A DNA stretch of 64,000 nt from Octopus sinensis (GCF_006345805.1 NW_021832974.1:1-64000); one strand, 5' to 3'; counted from the first letter of the stretch, positions 36,188 through 48,399 are shown. Translations and numbers: made by a program. The notes: generated by a model not told the origin, from the sequence alone.

Positions 36188-36560
36188 TTGACCTTTGACA
36201 TCTCAGTTCGGATATTAGAAACCACAGTAATGACCTTTGACATCTCAGTTCGGATATTAGAAACCACAGTAATGACCTTTGACATCTTAGTTCGGATATT
36301 AGAAACCACAGTAATGACCTTTGACATCTCAGTTCGGATATTAGAAACCACAGTAATGACCTTTGACATCTCAGTTCGGATATTAGAAACCACAGTAATG
36401 ACCTTTGACATCTCAGTTCGGATATTAGAAACCACAGTAATGACTTTGACATCTCAGTTCGGATATTAGAACACCACAGTAATGACCTTTGACATCTCAG
36501 TTCGGATATTAGAAACCACAGTAATGACGTTTGACATCTCAGTTCTGATATTTGATACCA
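36188..36560 (-). repeat. 42-bp tandem array in the right TIR (about 9 units, inverted relative to the left array)
   Basis: GACCTTTGACATCTCAGTTCGGATATTAGAAACCACAGTAAT is the reverse complement of the left unit. Confidence 0.95.
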
Positions 36561-37475
36561 AAGGTGTAGTTTCTATTCCCGGCGAAAGGAAAGAAATCAA
36601 GAACCTCAACGATACGATTACTAAGAAACTCAAAGCATTCCAAAGAAGATGGGAAAAGCAAATCAAAGGGCTTGGAAAAGGAAAATCTGCCCAACGCATG
36701 TGGAATGCTCTCAAAAAGTTCGACTCTATTGGAAACTCATGTAATTCGACTTAAAATCAATATCCAGATTATTTCCAGACAGACAATTAGTTTTCAACTG
36801 TCGAAGAGTGTCAATTTCAAAATAAACTCAATTGATGAAAATTCAAGTTATTACAAAGGTTCATTGAATGTCCTTTTAACCATTCAATAAAATTCCTTTG
36901 AGTCACCATTTTCGATAATCCGCGTGTATAAAAAAAGTATTAAAAAATATAAATGAGAAAATCTGAAAACAATAAATAAAATTGACTTGAAGGAATAAAA
37001 TCAGAATAAATTTAAAAAATGATGAAATTTAAAATTGTATATTCACAAAATTAAAGTTCACAATTATTCTTTCAAAATCAACATACATAAACCAGCAAAG
37101 AAAAAACAATAACAAACTAAACAACCATGTGTACCAGCTTAATTAATAAGTTTAATTTATTAGGCTTACCATTAAAAATAGGCTAATTAGAAAATTCTAA
37201 ACAAATATAAATTTTACTTATACAAATAAAACATCACCAAAATTTTGGTGCAATATTATATTTTTGATGTCAGACTGAATTTGGAGTTTTTATCGGATGT
37301 CTTATCTCTGTCGTAAATTAAATCCCACCCGAATAAAGAGTACATCTTGAATAGTCTACCACTGGATAAGCTATCTATTTGTCTCTCTTCCAAGGACTCG
37401 AAAAGATAACAAACAGAATAGAGGACAATTGATATTTCTGGGAGTGCCAAATGTTGTTTCAAAACTTCTTATCAT

Positions 37476-38260
37476 CTAACTATTCTGACCCAGTTCTAAG
37501 ACTCCTCGGACTATTTGTAGCAGCTTATTGTTATTTTGTGAATGGGCAAAGGTGACCTGATAATTGATATGAGAGGAGTGTGACGGGAGACTATGAGTGA
37601 GAAGGGGAATATTTGGAGGACGTGAGAGGAGGGCAACTAAATGTCGGCAGAAGTTGTGTGAGGACGATGACACACCCATTGAGTGATGACTCGAACACAC
37701 CCGTGGTTGACACATCCCAACCTCGTTGACAGTGGCAAATGCAGTTGGAATAAAAATACTCGCCACTGAGTGACCCTTTTCACACTTATTACCCGCGTAT
37801 GTCAGTCTCACCATCAACGAGGGGTAACACTGGATATCCGGAAGTACACACCACCACTCTCCTCTTCCCCCCGAGGGCAGAACGTGGGACACACACTCAT
37901 TGAGGAAAAGGAGAGAGTTCTACATTACTGGAGGGATTTCTATCACACCTTCACAATCCTCACATTCCACCCTCTCCACATCCTTTCCCGTATCCACGAG
38001 GTCTAGTCACTGTCTGAGAAAATATATTGTACTCGAGAGCGTCCCTGCAGAGTAATATCTCGACTCGATTGAGGGTAGTGAACAGAACTGAGTCCCTGCC
38101 CTTCAATGACTTCACCACCACTACTTCTTGGCTGTTCCTCTTCATGTGAATCAGAGCACTTTTAATATCAATCATGTCCATGCTTGGTGTCCGCAAACAC
38201 ATATCCTCCACGACCAGTTGGGTGAGTTGGAGGGGATTGACCTCGAGGGAATACTAGTGT
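37476..38260 (-). CDS. PTEN/tensin-like phosphatase-C2 protein, apparently catalytically dead; exon structure only partly resolved
   Basis: EDMCLRTPSMDMI...VVVVKSLKGRDSVL...RDALEY aligns by eye to PTEN EDHNPPQLELI...AIHCKAGKGRTGVM...QEALDF; GNKCEKGHSVASIFIPTAF aligns to the C2 segment QNKMLKKDKMFHFWVNTFF. Confidence 0.45.
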
Positions 38261-39149
38261 TGATTGGTAAGGAGTATTTTATTCTCATTATACTTCACCT
38301 TTAGTTCATCAAGATTTATTTGATGGCAATGAAATAATACTGGATATGTATTGTACTAACAGCACAGTTAGAATCATTATTATTCAGCGTTGAATTTCAC
38401 CTCATTTCTGTGTAATTAGTTTAAGTATTTGTGCATTTTTATTTAGTTCTTACAAATTGGGTTACTTCAAATTTGATCTCTCTAATCTGACCAACTCTAG
38501 CAGAAGTGGCATTGAAGACGCACTGATTATGCCAAGTCCATTATTTAATAATTTGTGATTTAGGATTTGTGAATATTCATGTTCCGTGACTCATGTTTAA
38601 TTTATTCATCAATTGATTGCTTCCCCAATAAAAATTGACACACATCAATAAACTGAATTATAAAACAAACAACTCGCTTTTTTTAACAATATATCTGGTC
38701 GCTATAAAGGATTTAGAGAGTGCGTCACAGTGTTTAAATTATGGTCTGGCTGAGTATTCCATGTCTTCACCATTTGACTACAACTCTGATTTTTGTGCAT
38801 TGTGACGTCGTTGGCCAATTGTTCGCTGTTTAAAGGGGAGGGTATTTGAAGTTTAATAAAAATATCGAGGGAATTGTTTCGGAAAGTTTAAGGATTACTC
38901 AGACATTGTTTCCAGCAGGAGAAGTATCACATTTAAATGAACAAAGACTGACATGACAAAAAAGAATAGTCGATTATTCAGCAGTTTTCGAGTGCCTGAA
39001 TGGCAACCAACACATCTTGCGGGAGTAAATTAAATTCCACCAGAAGAGAAAAGAGACCTTCGACCACCACTCATTAATTGTAGGAATATATTTAAAATAT
39101 TGGCCTGTATAATTGATGTGTTAATAAAGGAACTGGACCAATTAATAGA

Positions 39150-41539
39150 ATGGAATCGTCGTTGATTGGGCAACTAAACAAAATACGATATTATGGGGAG
39201 TCCTTGGCACACGAGAAGGACGAAATCAGGAGACTGTTTGCCCAAGTGAGTTATTTGTGGCAAATTAAATGCACTTGTGCGGTCATGTCGTAGGTCGAAC
39301 AGGCCACCACCAAAGTGCAAGTCCAGAAATATATTTTGAAGAACAAGAAAATAATGGCAAAGTGGGGAATGATTTGGTGGAGTTGGTGGGAAACGATCTT
39401 TGGAATTGCGCGAAAGTGGAAGGACTGGCCCCCCCGTTTGCAGAACAGGACGTGGACACTTTCATTTCCTTATTCCTCCACTTGCAAGGCAATGTTGACT
39501 ACGTTCTCGACTTGGCGAGGAACATTAGTCGGGATGAAAGAACAGCCTTCTGGAGAGTACCCCTCCTCATCCATTCAGATCTTGGCTACCTCCATTCACG
39601 GACATGGGAGTGACCTGCTGTGGGCTGTCAGGTTGTGCGAAAAGGCCTTTAGCGTGGGGATATTCGAGGACAGCCCTGCGATGGGGGACGGGAATGACCA
39701 ATTCGTCACATTTATGGAAATGCTGGGGCTCTGTAGATGAGTGGGTTGACATGCAGGCACTGAGGACATGACCTGTTTCTACAAAGCAGCACTCGACTCG
39801 TTCTTCTGTGCCGTGTCGATGGAGACGTGCCTCTTTCACGACTTTGGTTCATTTCTGCCCCCCACAAGGACATTCCCCCCACTTCTGAGGTGAGTCACGA
39901 CTACATTGGCAGCAAAACACAAACTTTGGAGAGAATTGTGAATTGCTTCAATTGCTTGGTGGGTGACGTGAACGTGGACCTTCTTCCTCCTCCGATTCAC
40001 AGTTTGATCCGATGCCTGCGTCGTGTGGACAGTCGGAGGCCTCTGTTCTTGCGACTGTGGGGACTGTTCCTCAAGCCGACGATGACTCGTCCCCCCCCTC
40101 TGTTCCCTCCCCTCCCTGACACCACCAACCTACGAGTAGTCGTGTCCGTGTTGGACGACTTTGTTGTCTTGTCCTCCTCCCAGCTGCGTTCCAAGTATGG
40201 ACACATTGGGAATATTGACTTGGTAAGCAGTCCTCCCCATTCCTGAATATGCTCGACCACCTGGAGGCCCGCCTTGATGGGTGGGCAATGGGGCAGGCCG
40301 AGTGTCCCCGCCTATTCGTCATCTGCCAGTCAGACTTGATGCAACTGGTAGTGTGCCTGATTATGGCAGATTAGGTGGGTGAGGGATTGTCCACAACATT
40401 CCCCCATCCCATTCCCCTCACACACTCCCCACAAATCCACGTCTTCAAACGTGCACAAACAGAGGAATTAAAGTCGATGGAGCAAGTGAACAGTGAGTGT
40501 AGTCCGGATGAATTATTGCTCCATTTCTGTGAGAAGAGACGGGCGGAGAAAGTGCCGAGAGTGTGTAGTGGGGATGTGTCGAGGAGGGCATTGGAGGTGG
40601 GTGTGATTGGGGCGTGGCTGGGAGAAGACAGTCAGCAGATGACAGAACTGTGGGAGACACTCGCACTACTCCAATCGCCAGAGTATGTTGAGTAACATGT
40701 CCCAGTCCTCGCTTGGTTGGGCGACTGGAGGACATTTGCAGAGGATATGAACAGTACGGCAAGTATTTGTGGGAGACCAAGCAGGAGAGCATAAGAAAGC
40801 TGAACAGTCTGCTCAACTCAGTGCGGATGAACGGAATGTATGTGCATGTGAGTAATGACAGAGAGGACAAACACTGCGACACGAATATAATCACGCTTAT
40901 CTACCACACCTACTTCACTCGAAAGGCCCATCTCTTCCACGGGTTGTCCCCTGACTTGACAATAATCCGATCGAATGTCGACAAGTTCAAAGGACTGACC
41001 AGCATGTTGAGGAGTTGAGTGTTCCACTTATCATTCAGGCGACTTGCAGCCACTCGCCGATAACCAGGCCGAGAGGATAGTCTTTGGCCATGTCTACAAC
41101 ATGTTCCCTCCCAACACGGACGAGTCCACTCGTCAACACATTAAAAGTCTTCCTCATCACGTCATCCTCGCTCCCGAGTTGAGGCACTTGGCCCACTGTC
41201 CTTGGTTTATGGCTGAGAGGGAGTTATTGCGTATTAATTCGTCCAAAGTAATCATCCCACCCTACCTAGACCCCCCGAGACAAAATTAAGTGTGTGGTGC
41301 AAATGACGCGAGTAATCACTGCCATTCTGGCTACCCACAACACACCCACTTGTGCCGACATGCTCTTCCCCGCCATTATATACGTCATTTGCAAGGCCAA
41401 CCCACCACACTTGCTCCACAACTTGCACTTTGTCCGCTCATTCGGAGACCTCACTGGGGAGAACAACTACTGCTGGACTCAGTTCTGCATGGCTGTGACC
41501 TACATCACAGAGAACTTGACTAATGAAGAGTTGTTTTAA
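39150..41539 (+). CDS. GAPVD1: GAPVD1/RME-6 (RasGAP-like plus VPS9 Rab5 GEF), multi-intron
   Basis: N-terminal LAHEKDEIRRL resembles the GAPVD1 N-terminus; VPS9 domain CPWFMAERELLRIN...PRDKIKCV...ADMLFPAIIYVICKANPPHL...GENNYCWTQFCMAVTYI. Confidence 0.85.
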
Positions 41540-41545
41540 TAAATG

Positions 41546-42410
41546 TCACATGAAGTAGTCGGGGAGGTGGGTGTGGTTGGCGGAGAGGGGTGAGTGAGTG
41601 AACTGTACATGAGGGAGGGAGTGTGTAGGTGTGTGTCCAACTTCATGAAGGCAGCCATGTTGCCAGAGCGGTAGGAGTAATTGGGGGCGGAGAAGAGAGT
41701 GAGGACACCAATTGTATCCCTGTGAGATGGGGAGAACAGTCATGGCGAGTTGGTGAGCGCGGGCAATGAAGTGATTGTGGTGGACGAACAGAGTGGTGAT
41801 GTCGGGACATGCCCCTGGGAGAGGGGAGGGGGAGTCGTCGGGGTCAGAGAATGTAAGTCACCCTGGAGTGAGTGGAGAGTATACTTCGTGGGGGATGGAT
41901 TCGGTCGAGAGTGCGAATGTGGTCAATCGAGTCGATGGAGGGAGACAGTGCACGGCAAACACTCGGTCGTCGATGACAGGGGGAGGTAGTCGAACACGTC
42001 AGTCTCCACACTTGCACGTACTTTTGCGCACACTCGTCGTATAAACCTGCGTTATTTGCCGACATTCCCCCGCAGTAGGCTCACCTTCCCCGGGTACCTC
42101 CATTCACCACTCACACTACCTTCAGTGCTAACAACAGGCACACTGTCTCCACCGAGTCATGTCCACGTAGTCACCCAAAAACAGGTACTTTTCCTCACCA
42201 CTCCTCTCCAACATTTCCAACAAGTCGTACAATGTGCACGTCACCACACACTGTCAGTGGAGTACTCACCTGTTCCACGTTTAGTTCCCCTGACAATACC
42301 TCCTTGCTCTACCACTCACTCACATCACTCACCATGTAACATTCGCACTTCACACACTCCCAACACCTCGCACTTCCGCAGTCGGCTCACCCACTTGACA
42401 CATCACTTAC
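41546..42410 (-). pseudogene. PPP2C: PP2A catalytic subunit-like gene disrupted by about 20 short deletions (pseudogene or assembly artefact)
   Basis: VCGDVH, YLFLGDYVD, LLRGN, RQITQVY, FDYLPL, SPSIDSIDHIRTLDR, SDPDD, SPRG, ARAHQL, GYNW, FSAPNY and terminal PDYFM appear in order but in shifting frames. Confidence 0.88.
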
Positions 42411-42519
42411 TTTTTATTATTATTCTTACTTTTTATTAATCACCAAAGCTGAAATAAACAGTTTGAACCAATTTCATCTGAATGATGCCAACTTTTTGGC
42501 CATAAGACTGGGCAGTCTC

Positions 42520-43330
42520 ATTGCGGTGGAAAGTTCTTTTGTCCGATCTGAAGGGACATTCCGTGAAAGACTCAGAACCACCCACCTACCCCATCAGACT
42601 TAGCAGAAATAAACAAAAAATTGCAAAGTGGAGAGAATCTCGACGCACTACAAACAACATGTCACTGTCCTACGCAGACTACATTATTATTGCTTCTAAA
42701 CACGCAGACGACATATCAGCTTATTTCAACATCCAGCAACAACTATATTCCGTCGAGAATTGGCTCATTGAGAACAGGCTACACACTTTATTATCTTCTG
42801 ATAGAAGACAATCAAATCTACACACGAAGTTATCTCTCTTTGGTTCTGACCTTCCGTTATGCAAAACCCGACTATCCTCGGACTTACCTTTGATTTAACT
42901 ACGTCTTTAAAAAGACATGTCTCAAACATTACTGGTACCCAGAAGCTACTCGTCAAACGAATTCATAAACAATACATACGACCAGTATTAAGTTACGCTA
43001 GTCCACGGTGGCCACCCTGCTTATCTACAAGCTCGACAATGACACTTGAATCAGTACAAAACAAGGTCATGCGCACTATATCTGGGTATCTGAAATACTC
43101 CAATCGATCACCTACATTGTGAAACATACATTTTACCAATTGATAAACATCTAAATATGAGAGGAGCACAATTCCTATTTGCATCGCGAAATTCCTATAA
43201 TCCTTGTTGTGCTCTAAATGTGCTAAACGGAAATGGTCGTTCACTAAAGAATACGCGGCGACTCTATATTCCCAGGCCTTGCTAAAATTGATGGTCTGCA
43301 CAGATGTTCACATCCAATTAAAAACATTCA
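42520..43330 (+). mobile_element. Degenerate LINE RT fragment
   Basis: LSYADY, PTILGLTFD, YIRPVLSYASPRW...LESVQNKVMRTISG; frameshifts. Confidence 0.8.
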
Positions 43331-43558
43331 CAATTCAATCTCAACGTAATCTAATGTGAGGTCGAGGCTACACAACAACACGGAAACGCAAAGGACAAAG
43401 AACAAGGAAAACTAAATTAGCTTACGATTAATTAAAAACTATTAAATTGGATAATTCGTAGTTGGATAATTGAATATAAATATAATCAAGTTGTCAGATA
43501 TAGTTGAATAGATTGTTTATCGCGCATTCCATGTTTGTAGTATTAATACATTAGTAGA

Positions 43559-46500
43559 ATGGAAGGAGAAGGTAGAGGAATGTGAAGAGTTTAGAAATCG
43601 TGAGTCTATACTCTTACCGATGGGAAGGACAGTTGGCGGTGGTGGTGGCCCGTGAAGGGAAGGGGGCAGGGACGGACAGTTCGGTGTACCACGTGGGGAG
43701 TGGGGAACATGCAGGAATAGTGGTGAAGAAGCCGATAATGGGTGAGGGGAGTGGAGTGAAGAAGGGGAGGCTGCAAATCCCGATAGTGTGTGAAGTGTCG
43801 GACAAGACAAAGACGTGGGCTGTATGGGTGTGAGTGAATGTTGGCAGGAAGTGCGCCGACTGGAGTTCACTTTCCGGGAGGACTACGGGGAAGAAGCGTG
43901 CAAGACGGCAGCTCTGGACTTTCACCACGACCTGCTGCACCCGGACATATTCCAGCGAGGTAAGTGTGAGTGTGATGGCAGACTATTGCGGATTCATCAT
44001 CACCATGGTCAAAATACTGCAGCACAGATACCCCGAGATACTGCAAGTGTCCTGCTCATTCCAAACTCCCTCTGCTGTCCTCAAACACCTCCAAAAGTGT
44101 TACCCCAAGAAGGAGTCGGTGGACTCGATGGTGGGGGAGTTGATGGTGGGTCGTGAGGAGGTGATGGGCTGCCTCGCCTACTTGATTGACCACCAGTTGG
44201 TGGAGTGTGTGGGGGAGGAGTACGTCCTGAGGGTGGACTTGGCCCCACTCCTCCAACTGTTGGAGGACATTCACCCCAGAGGATTGTCCGCCCAAGACAT
44301 ATTCCATCAACTGTCGATGGGAGAGGAGGTGTTGAAGTGTGGGGTGGGGGAGGGGTATATTGTCGAGAAGGGAGGACAGTACTACATACGCAGATTGGAG
44401 GACCAGGAAATACAACTCGTGTTGGAGGCAGTGCAGCAGGCACACCCGAGGGGGATCACTCCCACTCAAATCATGGACTATTCACACCTCCCGGAGATTG
44501 TCGTCCTCTCCTCCCTCCACCTCCTGGAGGAGAAGGGAGATGTCGTCAACAGTGAGGACATGTACAACCTCGCCCATTCCTTCACTGAGCAGGACTACGA
44601 GCTTGTCCGGTCAGCACTGCTGGAGAAGGGGACATACCACCCGGAGACCATCGCCAAGTACTGTGCATGCTGATTGCAGTGCCACCAACATTCCAGTGAC
44701 CTCGGTGGCCGCCATCCTGTCGTCGATGGCCATGTGTGGAGACATTGTGTGTTCAGAGGGGATATACAGGAGGAGAGCAGTGACGGAGAGGGGGAGGGAG
44801 AGAGTGCTGTCCGCCCTTTCATGCAAGAGTGGAGTGTGTCTGAAGGAATTGTGCACGTATGTGAGTGTGTGAGTGGTAGGGCACTGGAAGAGGGGGAGTT
44901 CTACACTCAATTGACAGTGGACAGTCTGGTGGCCGACAACCTGGTAGTCAGGCGGGGGACGGACTACTACATGGACAGTCGATGCAGTGACGCGGACATT
45001 GCCACAGTCCTCCGAGCATTGGAGAGTGTGTCCCCCCGCGGACTGTCCCCCACCCAGATCGACTGCGGACTGGCACAAGTGGTGGTGAATAAGGCACTCG
45101 CCCACCTGACTGCCCGGGGGTTTGTCAAGACTTGTGAGGACAAGTACTATTCGCGGAACTTTGAGGGTGTGGAGTGTGATGAGTGGTAGAGGACTGTCAG
45201 GAGATTATCCGTGTTCTCAGGACGTGTGGGGGGGCCACTCTCACTGAAATTGCGGACAAAGTGGGGATCCAGTCAGAGGTGTTGGTCAAGGACATTCTCC
45301 GTCACTTGGAAGGGGAGTCGGTCGAGTTGGTGGGCAAGCTGTACTACTACGGGGGGCAGGACCTGAGAAGAGTGCTGTCTTTGCTGGCCGACTGCTACCC
45401 GAAGGGAATGTCTGCCACTGAGTTGGGAGTGCCCCTGGACACGTTGGGGCGTCTGAGGGACCAAGTGTACTGTGAGGACGACGTGTACTACTACCAACCT
45501 TGTCTGTCCACGCAGGACTACGAACAAGTGTTGCGAGTGCTGGAGGCCGCCTACCCGAACAGTGCCACTCTCCTCTCCGTCTGCACGGATACCAAATTGA
45601 GTGAGGCACACGTACTGCACATTCTCCACACACTCATCGACCGGCAGCAAGTGGCCCAAGTGGACACGCACGTCTTCAGGCGGGCATCCTCCATTGCAGG
45701 TGCTCTCTCACTATATGTGTAGACAAGTACGTCACGAAGGGAGATGTGCAGGGCGACCCCACCATTGCCATCTTCACCGCCCACTACGTCTGCAAGGTGG
45801 CCATCGACGTTCTCATGACGGACATCTCCACATACCTCAAGTACAAGTTGGGAGGGGAGTCCTCCGTCTACACCCTCGGCCGCATTGGCCACCACCGAGT
45901 TGTGTCCACCAAGTTCTCCCACGGATACTCACAAGCCTCCGCCATCTCCATCGGCAATGCCACCACTCGCCTCCTCGGCACTTTCCCCCACATTCAACAC
46001 GTCTTCATTCTCGGCTTGGGTGGCGCTGTCACCTCCTCGCATGTCCGCTTGGGCGACGTCGTCGTCTCACACCCCGCCCACGACAACTCACTCTACTACA
46101 TGGCCACCAACTTTGCCACTCAACACGACCACTCTGTGTCCTACACTGTCAAACGATGGGCTTCCCTCAATCCTGTATCCTACTCTCACTATTCCAGACA
46201 CTCCATCAACTCGCTGCAAGTCTACACACTCCTCACTTTGAGGACTACATCACTCACGGACAGGCCCTTCTCTCTGATACCTCATACGACTTCCATCGCC
46301 CTCCTCCTTTCACCGACCCATTCTACCGACGAACACATCCACTTCCTCGCCCTCGCATTTGTCTCGGCACTGTCGGGGCAGGTCGATATCTCCACACCGA
46401 TGACCATTTGAAGGCACAGTTCGTCGAAAAGACGGGCGTGATTGCCTTCGATGACGAATATGACCAAGTCACCGAGTCCATTCACGGCAATTGTGTCGAC

Positions 46501-46620
46501 AGTTTTCTCTTCATTCGCGGAATATCCGACTATGTCGACGGCACTCACAACGAGATGTGGCAGCCATATGCAGCACTCGCCGCCGCCGCTGTCCTTCGCT
46601 ACATTCTCGAGAATCTTTAG
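43559..46620 (+). CDS. Tandem winged-helix-repeat protein with a C-terminal nucleoside phosphorylase (PNP_UDP_1-like) domain
   Basis: Eight 22-26 nt introns give one open frame; nine repeats of about 50 aa; PNP-like domain PTIAIFTA...GESSVYTLGRIG...HVRLGDVVVS...FIRGISDYVDG...WQPYAALAAAA. Confidence 0.85.
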
Positions 46621-47158
46621 TCTAATTTATTTAATGTTCTTTCCTTTGTGTCTCACTAACAGTTTCTCATCATATTTGGCAGACCACTTTGCTTAATTGG
46701 TTAATCATTTTCATGCCACATATCCATTAATTATATTGGATTTGGCAGGTTATGATTGATCGGTAGAGTGCCAACATATCTTATTAATTGATGATCGATA
46801 AGATATTATTTAGGCCCCAGATCTACTTTTTTACAAAGATTTAACATCCTTCCTGCAGATTTTATGGTAGTTTCCTATTCAGAATGAAAATTCATTCAAT
46901 TATAGCTGTGTAATTTGTTCAGATTTGAAATCATAATGAAAACAAAGTCTACAAAAAATACCAAAATCGCAATCGTCAATAAAATAGACGTAGTGACAAA
47001 ATCTCCGTGCTAGTTTATTCCTTAAAATGTATGATCTGCATGGAGCAGTCAATAGTTACTATTATAAGCAAGGTCTGCTTCCCTTCCAAAGATAAAGCTT
47101 GCATATTTAATGGATGAGGCATACTCCTCTGCCAATTAATCAAACATATATTATAAAG

Positions 47159-47971
47159 TCACATATTGTTTATTTTATCCCTCAAAATGTTCAGTTCATG
47201 AGGGGGAATCTGTTTCAACAGCAACAATATTGCAGAGAGCGTGGACGAATACTGGAAATGACACACACACCCATCACCTCCTCACTACTTCTCGTCTCCC
47301 TCACGACCGACTCCACGAAAGGCTCGTTCTCGATCACCAACGGGTCAATGTTCGACTGAGCCCTCAAAACACTGACATGTGACACTACTTTGGTGGGTCT
47401 ACAGACAGTGCTGTTTCCTCAGTGGCAGTCAAATCATTCAAACACAGTTCAATTTGGTTAAGCGTGAGGGACTCGGTCGAGTCAGTGGATGGGATGAGTG
47501 GTGGGTCGGGAATGACTGCATAGGACAGGCCTGCCGAGTTGGCCAGTGTCTTCTCGATGGGGGTGATGGCTAGCAATGTGGTGGAGAATTACTTATATCG
47601 TCCAGTCGAACCAGGGAAGGGAGATTGCGGATCACAGTGGCCCGATACAGCCTTTCCTCAGCACAGGGGTTGCCTTGAGTGAGCAGAGGAATATACCCAG
47701 GAGGGACAACTTCTCGAGATTGGGGAGTCCTCGGAGGTGACGAATTTGAGTGAGGTCGGATATTGAATTATTGCGGAGGAATATTTCCCTGAGGTTGGGA
47801 TATGTGGCCAACTGGGCTATACTGCTTATTCTATTACAACTATCAATTGAGGATTAGTAGGCGTGCCTGAGGGATATCACTCGTAGGTCAGGACTGAGTT
47901 GTGTGGGCACTTGCTCGAATCCGTAGCCCCTGCGCCATCAAGTCAATATATAACCAGTAGTTAACGTGCAT
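47159..47971 (-). CDS. CFAP410: CFAP410/C21orf2 (LRR protein with C-terminal helix)
   Basis: Spliced NYWG...VISLSCNRISSI...EIFLRNNSISDL...LSLLGNPC...YRATVIRNLPSLVRLDD, and C-terminal LSAILLLLKQI matching the C21orf2 tail. Confidence 0.85.
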
Positions 47972-48399
47972 GTATTATTAATAAACAAAATATGATTAAT
48001 AAATATTCATAATGGGAGTGATTGCTTTCATGTTGCCGATTAGTACTTTTGATATGCCGCACGGAGGAGACCCCTCGGGCGGAAATAAGGGTAGAAATAA
48101 GTAGAGTAATCATCCTGCTTCAAGTCAGGGAACCCCTTCGATAGAATGACCACTCCCTCCACGGTTGGTGGAGTGCATCCACTTCCAATTAATATCTATG
48201 AATTAAATGTGCTTTGGTCGTAATATTCTTAAAATGTATTCGAGATCCATTCTATTAAAAAATCTTGGACTTTCCATTTCATGCATTATGAGTGCCCAGG
48301 TAGAGAAGTTTTACACTGAGACTGGTTTTACGAATAATTTTATCTTTAAAAAGTAGGAATTTGTTTATCAAATAATCATACGTTGTTTAGTCTTTTAAT

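Larger units (their letters stand above)
33750..36566 (-). mobile_element. Tc1/IS630-like DD34E transposon with long repeat-array TIRs
   Basis: TA|CACC...GGTG|TA ends; transposase about 36122-34997 with IYMDET, IDNAPVH and PLNPIEECW (34 residues between D and E); introns 35728-35752 and 35549-35577; one 5' frameshift. Confidence 0.92.

Noticed and set aside
33770-36560. 42-bp arrays as a CRISPR array or repeat-protein ORFs (MTFDISVRILETTV)n
   Set aside because: Units are contiguous with no unique spacers, there are no cas genes, and the arrays are inverted inside TA-flanked Tc1 ends. The ORFs are by-products of a stop-free 42-mer.
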